A DNA stretch of 64,000 nt from Podarcis bocagei (lineage: Eukaryota), in NCBI GenBank assembly GCA_964188305.1, contig OZ076885.1; one strand, 5' to 3'. Below the pieces are notes generated by a model that made no database searches, had not been told where the DNA came from, and saw only the letters and a program-made list of their open reading frames with translations. Every line of letters starts with the position of its first letter. Position 1 is the stretch's first letter. Both the position numbers and the translations under genes were made by a program. Shown one piece after another: positions 39,246-51,826 of this stretch.

Positions 39246-39494
39246 CAATAATTTTTTCTCTGTGTGTGCTCTGTAAAGGTGTTGTAAGGGAATAAACCTG
39301 TTTAAAGCTTCCTAGATTGGATGTGTTCAGTGGATATTTCTGTTCATTATTTGGAGTGGAGTTGGAAGCATTGTCCATTTTGCAGTATGTAGGTATGAGA
39401 GTATGGCATTCTTATTGAAGAAAGGTGTAAGGTTGAATACACACAGTTCAGTAGTCTCTGGTTTTTACATCTTTGTTAAAGGAAGTAGCAGAGA

Positions 39495-39686
39495 GAGTGA
39501 CAAGATGCACAGAGGCAAGGGCTCCTGTCCCTTTAACAGTTGCTCAGAGAGAAAGAGAAATTAAATCAATGGAAGAAGGAACTTTGCAGTCAAGTTTTGT
39601 CTTGTAGGGGAAGCTGTTAAAATTTCCTCTTCCATATAGCAGTTAAAAGTATAGGAGCTCTGTCTTCCTTTGCATGTGGCTATAAT
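39495..39686. mobile_element. Decayed palindromic hAT-Blackjack-like MITE
   Basis: GGGCTCCTGTCCCTTTAACAGTTG ... CAGTTAAAAGTATAGGAGCTCTG inverted arms. Confidence 0.55.
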
Positions 39687-39909
39687 AGGTAAATTCATTG
39701 AATTGCTAATACAGTTTGGGTTTTTCTTGCTGCATCTAAATTTACAAGCCCTGTTGAGATCAATGGGAGTTCTGCACTGGTAACTAAAGTGTTGCTGACT
39801 TAATCAATCTTAGAAGAAGTGGAAAATGGTGCTTCACATTCTCAATATATTAAAAGTACTAAAAGAGATGAACAAGGGGCCTTTCTGCCTGATGCTAATC
39901 CTGGCCAGG

Positions 39910-40120
39910 GCATTTAGCTGAGAAATAAAATAACTGATGTGAGTCAACATGGTTTAATTGAAAATGCTTTTGCCAAACATCCTGTTATTCCTTTGTGACG
40001 AGATTAACAGTCTGCTTGATAAAGGCATTTGTGATGTAATATTATACCCTCAATTAAAAGGAGGTATTATATAGAACACAATCAGGGTTCACATTGTATG
40101 GATTAAAATTATCTTTTGTA
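39910..40120 (+). mobile_element. Ancient CR1 reverse-transcriptase fragment
   Basis: SQHGL..CQT..F.DEI..LLDKG..DVI and WIK motifs across frameshifts. Confidence 0.5.
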
Positions 40121-40739
40121 CAGCTGTGAATAGAGATACCAGTTATAGCCAAGGTTAATTTCTTAGTTCAACATTGTTCTACTATCTACAGTTGTAATGA
40201 CATTATAAAATGTTTGCTGAAAAAGTTTTTACTGTTAACCATATGACAGCTGCTGGAGAATAGCTCGTGAAATGGAGGGAGTGCAGGGGAGTTAAGCCTA
40301 CCTGGTAAATTATCAATCGCAAGCAAATTAATACCATTTGAAGGAAGACGATAAATTTGATATCGCAAGGCATCCTGTGTCCATGAGGAAGCAAGTCTGC
40401 CCTGTCTTGTTGGCTCACCACTTGCTCATTTTGAGATGCTGCCATATTGCCAAAGGAGCCAAGGAGGTTGGTGAATGTGCGTGATGGTCCAAAAACCACA
40501 AAGGCTGTAAGTACTTGGCAGGAATAAAAATGAAGACAAGTGACATGACCAGATGAAGAATTAATATTTGTATTCAGTTAATATTTACACCCCACCTTTC
40601 TTCCATCATGGAACCCAAGGCAGCTTCCATGGGGTTCCCAAGGGCTCTCCCTAATGCACTGGAGGCTGGACCATTTGGGTGCATAGAGCATGACCTCACC
40701 AGTCTCAAGTCTGTCCTCAGCCGGCCCTCCTCAGCCAGT

Positions 40740-40831
40740 CTTCCTCCTCCTCCTCCTCCTCCTCCTCCTCCTCCTCCTCCTCCTCCTCCTCCTTCTTCTT
40801 CTTCTTCTTCTTCTTCTTCTTCTTCTTCTTT
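40740..40831. repeat. Compound (CCT)n(CTT)n microsatellite
   Basis: Direct read. Confidence 0.97.
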
Positions 40832-41697
40832 CATTTTGTTGCCTCTTTTATAGTTTTAAGAGGGGTGGGGATCTCCAAGCAGTTTACAACATCAAACACT
40901 CCAGAACAAAATATTAGAGAAGAACGTCAAATATAAAGTATACATTCAAAGCAACATGATTAACAGGAAACTAAAATATTAGCTTAAAGATTTCAAAATA
41001 AAACATTACAAGGTCAGCTATAGCATAAACATTTAATGCAGCAAAGTTAACGGCACTAACAAAAACTATTTTAAACATTTCAGATGAAAATATTGCTAAA
41101 TTAAGTCCAATACTAAATGTGCATGTAAAACAGCATAAGTAGGAAAAGAATAAAATATTATATGTACAGAACATATAAGCTTGTGTTGCTGCCAGTCCTG
41201 CCAATGGCAGGGCATGGTGGGCAGTGGCTATGGAATCTCAGGCTCAATGGCCTGGGCCTGCATTCAAAGACAGCCAAGATAGTCTCTGGCATCTTCAGCA
41301 CCCTCAGCTTTTGTAGTTGGAGTCAGTGAGGGCCCTGCTCTCCCATGCCAGGTGGAAAAAGGCCTGCACGCCAGGGAGCAGGGCTTCCAGGTCTCTCACT
41401 CAAAATGATGTCAACTTGGGTTTGAGAACAGGGCATTACCTAATACAGGGATGGGCCAGGTTTCCTCACTTAGTAGAAAGTAAATCTCATGTAATTTTGT
41501 TTATGGGACTGGTTCATGTATCTTGTGCCTAATCTGAATTTCCTGCAAAGCTTCTCCTGCTTGAGAGCATAATGGGATTTTGGTTTTGTGGGCCATGCCA
41601 ATCCAAACAAATATGGTTAGCTCTAGTAATCTGAGCTTTGGTTTCCAAGATCTTGAGAACAAGGCCAGCTTTCGGCACTACCTCTCCACCCCCATAA

Positions 41698-41727
41698 TAT
41701 GATGATGATGATGATGATGATGATGAT
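41698..41727. repeat. (GAT)n microsatellite
   Basis: Direct read. Confidence 0.95.
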
Positions 41728-41789
41728 AGTTCTCAGCATCTGGCTAGGTTCTACTGCCACATAATAACTAGGTTTTTAACTCCACTGTT

Positions 41790-41920
41790 AGAGGGAAAAT
41801 CCTTCTGAATGCCACTTGCTAGAAACTGCAGATGGGGAGAGAGCTCTTGGTCATTGTGAGAACAGATTGCTGGACTAGATGGGTCTTTGGACACATCCAG
41901 CAGACACTTCCTATGTTCTT
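41790..41920 (+). mobile_element. CR1-type 3' UTR fragment
   Basis: GTGAGAACAGATTGCTGGACTAGATGGG..ATCCAGCAG..CTTCCTATGTTCTT. Confidence 0.6.
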
Positions 41921-43006
41921 TCATTCCTGGTGTCTGTGGTTACCTAACCATCATCTAAATAGTTTAGAGAAGAGGTTTGTGTGAGAGGGGGAGAGAGAGA
42001 ATCTTTATAATGGATAAAAATGAGCAGGTTGGATCTGTGAACAGAAAGTGATTAGCTCTGTGTTTCCATTTTATCCAATCCCCCCATGTTTATAAATAGT
42101 GTTTTGCAAAACATCCTAATATGTATTCAGCTATTATTTAAGTTAATGGAGGGCTTGATTTTATGGTTTCTTCCTTCATATTGTTAGACAAGCTAATGGG
42201 ATTTTATAAGCAAGTTCATAATGCAGTGTTCTATGTAGCCATCTCAGAATTGATTATCCATTAACTACTGATTAAAAAATACCCTTCAGACAAATTGGAA
42301 ATAGAACGGACTTTTTATTTTGAGTCAGCAGCATCTGTCCATGACGATAAAAGCACAACAACTCAGAGCTTTCTTCTAAGTGTCAGACTGTCAGGCTAGA
42401 ACGTGATCATATGGAGAGAGGCTGGAGTTGTGCCAACAGTACTTATGCTAGACGTCAACTACAAATATTCAGCCAAAGTGAACTGGGATGATCTTGAAGA
42501 ACAGTAATAGCAGCTGCCTAAAGTAATTCTCCAGACTGGCGGTAATGAAATCATGATTTGCTGCTATTAAGTCTGGTAGTTGCTGTCTATTCCAAGAATT
42601 AATCCATGCTTTTAAAAGGCATATCACTTGAATCCCATACAAGAGCTGTGTAATGCATTTTTACTTTTTGTGGATGATCCATTTTTGGTGGATGGAAGTG
42701 AAGAAACAGATATTTCTTTTAATAAAATGCTAATAAGTGCAGTTAGTAACTAGCAGCAAAAGCAATATATTCATTCCCTTGCCCCCAGGGTTCTGTCTCT
42801 AGTATGAATTGCAAGATGCAGCTTAGGCAGTACCTGCCTAAAATGAATCCAGGTATTGAATTAATAATTTAATCAGTATCCCACAGAAATGAATGGGACT
42901 TAAGTTCGTAATGTGTAACTTAAATCTCATTGATTTCAGTGGAAACTAACTGAAACCTATTGGATGCAAACCACTGTGTGTATACAGTAACACGCACGCG
43001 CGCGCG

Positions 43007-43037
<31 letters not shown>

Positions 43038-43581
43038 GGGGGGGGACTGGCTTCCAAACTTGAATGAACTGTGGAATGGTGAGCTGTTGACAAAATGTCA
43101 AACTGCAAACATGATTATAATTGCCATCCTTATTAAACTACATATTTTTAGGGCTGATGATGCCATTTTGTCCTCTAATATATGATCATTATCCAAACAG
43201 CTTGTTTTCCAATGTACGTGTGCCCTGCATGTCAAAAGTGTGCGCAAATGTCATTGTGCCCTTGTGAGCGTAATTATTGTATAATTTTTTTTACTCTGCG
43301 GGCATGAAAAGCAATTCGGCCTACACCACATAAAGCAAGTTGTAACTACTATTATGTGCTGGTTAACTGAATTAGATAAGCAATATGGGCTGACATCATA
43401 GTACTTTTCCCATCAAATAAAAAGCTTACAAATTAAAATATTGACTGCTTTAAAATATAGCTGCATTCACATTCATTTCTTTTTAACTCAGGGCTACTGA
43501 TGATAGCTTTTCAGGCACACTATGATTTTATTATTATGTTGCCAAACTTACGTTAGTTCACGATTTTAAAACTTCAATACA

Positions 43582-43583
43582 TT

Positions 43584-43651
<68 letters not shown>

Positions 43652-43653
43652 TC
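43582..43653. repeat. (TTTC)n microsatellite
   Basis: Direct read. Confidence 0.97.
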
Positions 43654-44250
43654 CCAAGTCTGCCATTTTACTGCATCACCCCTTTGTTTTGGGCTGTATA
43701 CTATGGTGATGAATTATTTCCCCCATACTATTGTGACTTAATCAATCTCTGATCCCTCTCTGATCCCTCCCTTTACAAGGCGCTCTGTTAACAGGCTTGT
43801 AAATCCTATCTCATCCACCTTTTCACCTGAGAAGATCTTTAGCTACTTTAATTTACTGACTAATAATGGCAAATGGCGGGGCTGCAAGAGCGTAAACTGC
43901 ACATGAATCAGCAATGTGAAGCTGTTCTGAAATGGATGGGGTGTAGTTCCTTACCTAGGGAACATAGGAAGGAGAACTAATGATGACTGGGCACAAATTA
44001 GGATTCAGGAGCAGCTGTTGCTTAACAACCATTTTAAATGGTTCCTGTGGAGGGTAGGGCTACTCTGTCTTTTAGTGGTTGTATACAGCAGGTACTTTCT
44101 GGAGGTACAGTTTATCATGCAGGTATGAGAGAAGCCTCAAGTACTGGAAAGTCCTACAGGGATCTCATCCTGATGTTTTCCCAGTGGGATTACTGCAATG
44201 CATTACACATGGGGCTATCCTCGAAGATGTCTTGGACGCTTCTACAAGTA

Positions 44251-44508
44251 CAGTGGTACCTCGGGTTACATACGCTTCAGGTTACATACGCTTCAGGTTA
44301 CATACGCTTCAGGTTACACACTCCGCTAACCCAGAAATAGTGCTTCAGGTTAAGAACTTTGCTTCAGGATGAGAACAGAAATTGGGCTCTGGCGGCGCAG
44401 CAGCAGCAGGAGGCCCCATTAGCTAAAGTGGTGCTTCAGGTTAAGAACAGTTTCAGGTTAAGAACGGACCTCCGGAACGAATTAAGTACTTAACCCGAGG
44501 TACCACTG
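44251..44508. mobile_element. Tc1/mariner (pogo/Tigger-type) MITE, intact
   Basis: Perfect TIR CAGTGGTACCTCGGGTTA, TA on both sides, internal 16-bp tandem CTTCAGGTTACATACG; inserted in an L2 fragment (DYCNALHMGL). Confidence 0.93.
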
Positions 44509-46079
44509 TATAGAGTATGACTGTCAGTGCCTCATTCATTGGAACTTGTGCTTGGATTATTTCAGAGGGGAGGGAGTTCCACAAGTTGAGCACCACTACA
44601 GAAAAAACCTTCCCTGGGATGGTGCAAAATGCACCTCAGCCAGCAGCGGCAAAATCACTCTCAAGAAATGGGCAGGTCTGTGTCAAAGCAGGTGTTCCTT
44701 TGCACGTGCACACCCCAAATTGTTTAGACCTTTCGATGCCAACATTGTGGGTGCCTGCCCCAAAGTCCTGCTCGTAATGCCCTACTGCCGTTGACCTCAG
44801 GCTGAGAAACCCTAAGGATTTGTGAAGCATGGCATTCAAACACTGTGTGAATACATTTCAATTCACTGTCAAATAACCCAAACAAGACTGCTTTGGGGCG
44901 ATTGTTCGAAACCTAGGGCATCTAACAGAAGGCCCTCTCTGTGCAATGCTTCCTCATTTTTTTTAATTGTTTTGATCACAACCCATAATGTTGCTTCTTC
45001 AGTGATGGGTGTGGGGTTTGTGATCATGCCTTTTAATCTTCTCATGCTTAAATGCACAAGGATTTATGTTAGCACTTCAGGTGGAGAAAGAAGGATTCTT
45101 GTATCACTGGGTATTTGTGCTTCCCTGCAGTACAGATCAAACTGAGGGTTTAGAGACTGTTGGTTTAATGTTACAAAGACACAGTTTCTCACTAGAAATG
45201 GCTCATTTGTCAGCAGGTTAAATTCCAGAGGGCTTTGCTTCATGTTTTGTTTTACTTTTTAGAAATGAATCTCACGTGAGCATTTACCATTTCTGACAGC
45301 TGCTGAATGCTCCCTTCTGTGGATTTTCCCGGCATAAAAGAATCATTTGTTGTTGTTTCAAGTATCTCTTGTGGTCAGGGACATTTCTGCTACTCCTCTG
45401 CTCATGCTTACTGTTTGCATTCTTCCCCTTGCATTATCCCTAAATGAATGAATACCTACTGCTTCTAACCTCTACCTAATGCCTCTAGCCGTCTACATTT
45501 GTTAAGTGTTTGATGGTTTGTTTGCCAGACACTCATATTTGCCATTTATAGCTTTAACAAAAGATAGAGAATGGTGTTACTCCTCATCGTGATGATGCTA
45601 TATTTCCTAATTTTCTGACAATAAAAAGATATCAAAGCAAAAGGAAAACCCCGCGATTGATGCAAAGATATTGATGGTACTCAAAGATGCTTAGAGATTA
45701 ATGAGTTATTATGCCTCGTGGCTCTGGCAGGGGCCTTTCTCTTGCTTGTTTGCCGAGACACAAACGATTGAATAGGGGACCTTGTGTGTGCTATGTTTCT
45801 CTCCACAAAGGTGGTGCTGGTAGCCTGTTCCCCCCCCCCTTACTGAGCTTTTATGTGCAGTGCTCTCTCTCTCTCTCTTATACACAAGACTACTGGAAGA
45901 ATTCATCCAGTGTTTTCAAGTGGGTTGCTGGCAGCTTGCCATTGTCACTTGACTCTATTTCTCCTTTCCATCTGAATAAGGTATGGTGGTTTTACCTTTG
46001 AATGGGTGTTTCGGATCAGTTTCGGCTGAAACTTAATCCAGACGAGAAGGAATTTTTCATGATGGGTGGTCTTAAAGTA

Positions 46080-46400
46080 CAGGAGCCTCCCCATTTACGT
46101 GGGGGTTACATTCCCAGGTACCACGAGTATACATGAATTGCGTATAGTGGGAAGCACCATCTTAAAAGCCTGTAAACGCCTTCTAAACCTTTGGAAACTG
46201 TTGAAACCGCCATTCCCGAACACCAACTCTCTACAGGCCTTAAAGGTCAGTGCAAAGGCTCGTGAGATTGCAGTTGCCATTTCCCCACCCTTTTCTGTCC
46301 GTTTTTGCATCTTTTTGCAGTTTAAATCAATTGTACTTAATTACCTGTATTTCCCGGTGCCGTGTGTATACATGGTTGTGCATCAGTCGAACATGCGTGG
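46080..46400 (+). mobile_element. Tigger-like element fragment (left end only)
   Basis: TA|CAGGAGCCTCCCCATTTACGTGGGGGTTACATTCCC resembles pogo/Tigger ends; right TIR not found. Confidence 0.45.
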
Positions 46401-47660
46401 GTGTGGGTGTGCATGATGTCACACGCACCAGGCATAACCTGGGGACCAAGTCGGCTCTCCTGATAGCAGCTATTTTATGATTGGCATCCCCAGGACTCCC
46501 TCAAAGTTAAAATGTGCCCACTATCTCAAAAATGTTGGCGACTTTTGCATTAGGGCATTTAAGGTACTGTGCTATCAACTTCAGCCTTCCCACTCCACCA
46601 CTTTCTGATCTCTTACTGACAAGTCAGGGTGACAATGCCTGCCATTACCTCTGGCCCCATTTATGGTTGGTCTCCGTGCATTCCACCCCACCAGTCTCGA
46701 TGTGCACCAATACACCACTGAAATGTAGTATGATAAACTCTAGGTTCTCATAATCTCTGAAATAATAACACAAAAAGTCTGACTAGCTAGAGGGCAAAGC
46801 AAACAAGACACTTCCTATTGTGAATGGAGAGATTTCATTATGTATATAAACTGAAAAGACCGAGACAGACGAGTTGCATCAAAATATCTGAGTTTGTGGA
46901 AGACTTGGGGGGGGGGAGCCTTTTCTTGAATAAAAAACAAGTCATCTGCATTTAAATATGTATTTCTAATGCATTTTATCTCAAAGTGCACATGCCTAAA
47001 CTTCTGCATTAAAAGCACGTTTTGAGATAAAATATTTTGTAACTGTTTTGAGCCTGAGGACTATGTAAAGCATTTTGGAAATGCAAGAGCTGGTGGATAG
47101 CTGTGTCCTGATCCACAGATTAAGATGGGGAATGTGGATCAGTCTAGTTCATATCACAGTTTGCAAAGACAGAATCCCTCAAACATCCATACTGGGAGCA
47201 AGGGCTCCCTCGGACATACTGGGCCCAGGTTAAATAGTGCTTTAAGCAAGAAGAACCATCATCTTGAAAACAGCACTGAAAGCAACTGGAGGCATTCCTG
47301 CAATACTGATGTTATATACTCTTTGTGACTATTGCTTATTGCTATCAGCAGTCTGGCTGTTACATTCTGGGCAAACTGTTTACAAATCGCCCTCATGAGA
47401 AGCCTCACGTGCAGTAGCACATGACATCAATCCAGCGGTGCAGATGTACAGTATTTTTTCCCAATAGCAGGCTATATAACCAGGAAACCTATTATTTGAA
47501 TGCTGTAAGCACCCTGGTGGTTTGCTCCATTAGTTGTTTACTTGAAATGAAGGAACAAACTTGTTGACACAGAGGCAACGTGTGTTTGAACATTGTCGTT
47601 CAAAAAATGTGTGTTCCCCCATTGGGTAACCATGCAAATACACATCCTGGAGCATGGATG

Positions 47661-47847
47661 NNNNNNNNNNNNNNNNNNNNNNNNNNNNNNNNNNNNNNNN
47701 NNNNNNNNNNNNNNNNNNNNNNNNNNNNNNNNNNNNNNNNNNNNNNNNNNNNNNNNNNNNNNNNNNNNNNNNNNNNNNNNNNNNNNNNNNNNNNNNNNNN
47801 NNNNNNNNNNNNNNNNNNNNNNNNNNNNNNNNNNNNNNNNNNNNNNN
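47661..47847. other. Assembly gap (187 N)
   Basis: Run of N. Confidence 0.99.
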
Positions 47848-49100
47848 TAATAACCAAACACATGCATAAGTGATGCAGACCAGAAACTACAGTTCGCAGG
47901 ATTTTGGGGGGTGGCCTTGGTGAAATCTACTTTAAAGGTAATGGTGTGTACACAGCCAATGTGTGCAGGGTGTGTTTACTTCCCTCTTGCTACACCTCAA
48001 TGCTTCTGAATATACAGAGACTACAAAGGCACCATGGCTCTCCAGTAATTTCTTCCTACGAGAAAACTGTTCCTGGATGTTTCTATTACTTGAAAATGAG
48101 AGGCTGTATTTATATTGTGAAGAAACCAAGGGAAAGCATGCAGACTGGTGATTGACAGGAGTTTTTAGATTAGGGCAGGATGCAGACTTGGGAGCTGAAG
48201 GCCTATATGTCTTTGTGAATCACTTCAATGCCAGCCCATAATTATGGCTTTTTGAAGCCACTGTTTCCTTTGGTTTTTAATAAATGTAAGCACATTCTTG
48301 TTCACTCTCTGCAGCTATTTCTGGTAATGGATCATGGATTTATGGAGAAAAACTGCTCATTATAGCCTTTTAAGGGATCTAATTAATTGCTAATTACCAA
48401 GCACTATTTAGTGGGAAGATCTGGAGCTTTCTACTCTGTTTAAACTATGGAAGTGGAAATTTGGTGGCGCAATGAGGCATCATAGATTAGTTTGCTGCTG
48501 TGTTTAACAGCGAATGTCAAGAGGCACTGAGAACCCATCAGAATAAATTCTATATGTTTGTTATAGTTTCTTTTAAAAACAGAATAGAAAAGATTAGGGT
48601 TTTTTGTGGGGGGGGGGTGGAGAAGGAATAAGTTGAACATACATATGCATTGTGCATTTTGGCTTCAGTGTTATCAGCCTGTCCAAGTGTCAGGAGTTGG
48701 AGTCCATGATATGATGTCTGTCTGACGTGGACACACACAACCAGATTTTGGTTATTTTTATACTATAAATCCTTCTTTGACGAGTCTTATTTTTATGTTC
48801 ACTATGGCCTTGTTTATATTGGGGTGGGGAATGATGTGTAGGAGTTGCTTCCTTTGTGATTATGTTGTACTCCCACTGAGAGGAGAAATGTGAGAAAGTG
48901 AGCATCTGTAAGGGGGCTAGACATGTGGATATGATGACTTGTGCAGTCACAGCAACCCTTCTCTACAAATTACTGTGGCTGCTCATATACGTTGTTTACA
49001 TGTGTGCTAATTATAATCACAAATCTTGCCTCTGAAACAAAAAGAGAGAGGACAAAGGAGGCCTCTCAGGCAAAGCCAACCGTGAAATAAAAAAGTTAAT

Positions 49101-49247
49101 AATAGAATAATAGAGTGGCAGAGTTGGAAGGGACCCTCAGGAGCATCTAGTCCAAACCCCTGCAATGCGGGAACATGTGGCCCTCTCATTGACTGAACCT
49201 GCAATCTTGGCATATCATCACCAAGTTCTAACCAACAGAGCTATCCA
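49101..49247 (-). mobile_element. tRNA-Ile-derived SINE with CR1 tail (older copy)
   Basis: Reverse complement GGATAGCTCTGTTGGTTAGAACTTGGTGATGATATGCCAAGATTGCAGGTTCA, then the CR1 tail. Confidence 0.78.
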
Positions 49248-49344
49248 TAGTATAGAACAGTTTGGTTGACTTCCACAGTCTTCAATAAGCAGAAATGCAG
49301 ATTCACACACTATGTAACTGCTGTGGTACATATTCAGTAGGAGA

Positions 49345-49805
49345 TGTTCAGTAGGGAGGTGATTAATGCCTCCTTGAATGAGGCGGTGGAAAAACCACTC
49401 CTCAAGAAAACCTGGATTTGGAAATTTCAAATAACTAGTGGCTGGTTGCCAATGTCTTCTTGTTGGGCAAAGTTTTTGAGTGGGTGGCTGCAGATCAGGC
49501 TCTGTTGAAGGAAACTGATTTTCTGGATCCATTTCAGTCTGGGTTTTGGCCCAGATGTTGCTCTGTCAGGAGAGAGACAGAGGAAATGTGTCCCTAATAA
49601 TTCTCCTCAACCTCTTGGTGGCTTTCAATACCATTGACCATGGTATCCTTCTGGGAGGGCTGTCCGAGTTGGGAGTGGGCGGCCCCACTTTGCATTGGTT
49701 CCTTTACCACTTGGATGGTCATTTGCAGAGGGTGATGCTCTGGTTGTCAATTAGTTGCCCGGCCCAATTCAAAGTGCTATTTTTTTACCTGTAAAGCCTT
49801 AAAAC
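49345..49805 (+). mobile_element. L2 LINE ORF2 (RT) fragment with internal deletions
   Basis: EAV..PLLKKP..LGKV.E.V.A.Q..LDPFQSGF..RDRGNVSLIILLNLLVAFNTIDHGILL..LGVGG..L.WF, jumping to WL.I..AQFKVL..KAL. Confidence 0.85.
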
Positions 49806-51826
49806 ACTATCTCATGATGGTCTCTATATTAAATCTATCTCATGATGGTCTGTTAGTGGTTAAACAATCCAATGCTTGGTGAATTTTGCTTCACAATGGT
49901 GGAAAGAGCTGACACTGAAGGATTAGAAAGCGAGGTCTTAATGATGCAGCAATTTTAGCTATTCATTTTATTTGTTATTCCTGTTTAAAAATTGTTTTCT
50001 TAAACCTTTCAGAAATGAGTTTTACATTGTGACTATATCATTTCTTTATAAATTTTGTTCTAATTCATTCAACGCATTTAAAAAACTTTTTTATGTATAA
50101 ATTGATATTAATTCTGCATGTGCCTCTAGGCCATTTTTACTTTTCAAATGAGTTTTTGTATATATTTCCCATTTTCCTGCTTATAATTGAAGATGCTAGA
50201 AGGTATATATGAAGAAGCTGAGAGAAAATTTGATTAATATATGTTAGCCTTTAAGAGAGGATAATTTTCTTTTTGTATGCAGAAGTACTAAATGCAACTT
50301 CTGTTCATGGTAGAATAATAAGTAAATGTACCTTTCATCACTTCTATGTTTGCCTGCATTTCTTTTATTTTTAGTGTTTAACTCACCTCAAATATCTCTA
50401 ATGCTAAAAAACAGCAAATCACAATCAAAGTTGTGGGAGGCAAGGGTTTCTTACCTTCTCAATTTGATGCCATCCTGTTCTGACATACTGACAGTGGAAA
50501 ACTATCTGTGTCTAATCAGAAGTAAATCCCTTTGAGTCCATTGGTGCTTACTCCCAGGCAACTCAGTATAGGATTGCATCTTGAGGTTATGCAAATTATT
50601 TCCTTCAGAATCTCTGTATATCGGATCTTTTGATCAATCTGTTATCAGAAACTTATACAGTTCAAATACTTGAACATCTAGAAAATGTGCTGTCATGATA
50701 TACCTACAATGGAGACTTCAGCTGGTTTAACAAAGCCCCGAAGACCCTAGGAACTGTGTGTATGTATGTGTGGCTATCACATTAATCAGACAAAATTTCC
50801 CAGCATTCTTTAAGAGAAGCCATGAAAGCTGTGGTATAGATGTTCTTTGGCTGAGGACCACTTTCCAACCAAAGTATGCACACATTTTCTGCCTGGTAGG
50901 CAGAGTTTTTCTGAAATTTTGGCATAAGTGAAATCTGAAAAGAATCTGGGCAAAACTTGAGGAAGGCTAAAGAGTTTTGATATGTGTTTTGTGGAAGACA
51001 GCCACGTGTCACTTGGGGAAAAGAATTTGATAGTTTGTGTCTTCTGACGTAATGCAGGCGTTGGCTACTTAAATGGTTTTAATGGGTCTGTACAGCTCTT
51101 TGGCATGGGCGTTAATGCATATCTGTATCAAGGTTTATCTTCTGTTAGGGGTGGGGAGCCTTTTTCAGCTCAAGGGCCAGATAGAGAAGTCAGAAGGGGC
51201 ATATTTGACCCCTAGGCCTCATATTTCCTACCCTGACCCTCCTGGGTCAAAGGAAGAGAGTCAAAGAGGTCCAAAAGCTGGGTAGTGTTTAAGAAGACAA
51301 TGCACAGATAATTTATTATGCCGGAATGTAAGAGAGTCTTCAACCATTTTCTATATTTCTGATGGGTTTACTTTTGGGCTTTGTATGCTAACATATGGCA
51401 GTTTTATATCTAACCTGGTGGAAATATTACCTAGGTGGGTGTATTGCATGAATATAGGTTTAATCAATCCACTGGGCTCACTCTGCATCGAATTGAAAAC
51501 TAATCCTCAGTGATGACAAAAACAAAACAATACCTCTTTCCCTTTTGCTTTCACATTTTGTCCTGGATCCCTCTCAATTTGCGCTCATGACTATTCTGCA
51601 TTTCTTCCCTCTTCCTTATTAGTAAGTGTGACCAGGCCTCCATGAAAGAGCTGCCAAGAGATAATTGTTCAGCAAAGATGGATGACCTGCCTACTTCAGT
51701 AGATGCACATCAGGGGGAAACTTGGACAGACTTGAATAAAAGCTGAGTCAAAGCCAGCAGAATTCCAGTCTCAGCTCTTAAAATACTGTATTTTAAATGT
51801 GGGCTGAAATAAACAGATAGTGGTTT

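Noticed and set aside
44255-44320. CRISPR-like short repeat array
   Set aside because: Contiguous tandem units without spacers, inside a TA-flanked MITE in vertebrate DNA.
46066-46416. 116-aa and 71-aa ORFs
   Set aside because: Lie within a Tigger-like repeat fragment; no domain or splice context.
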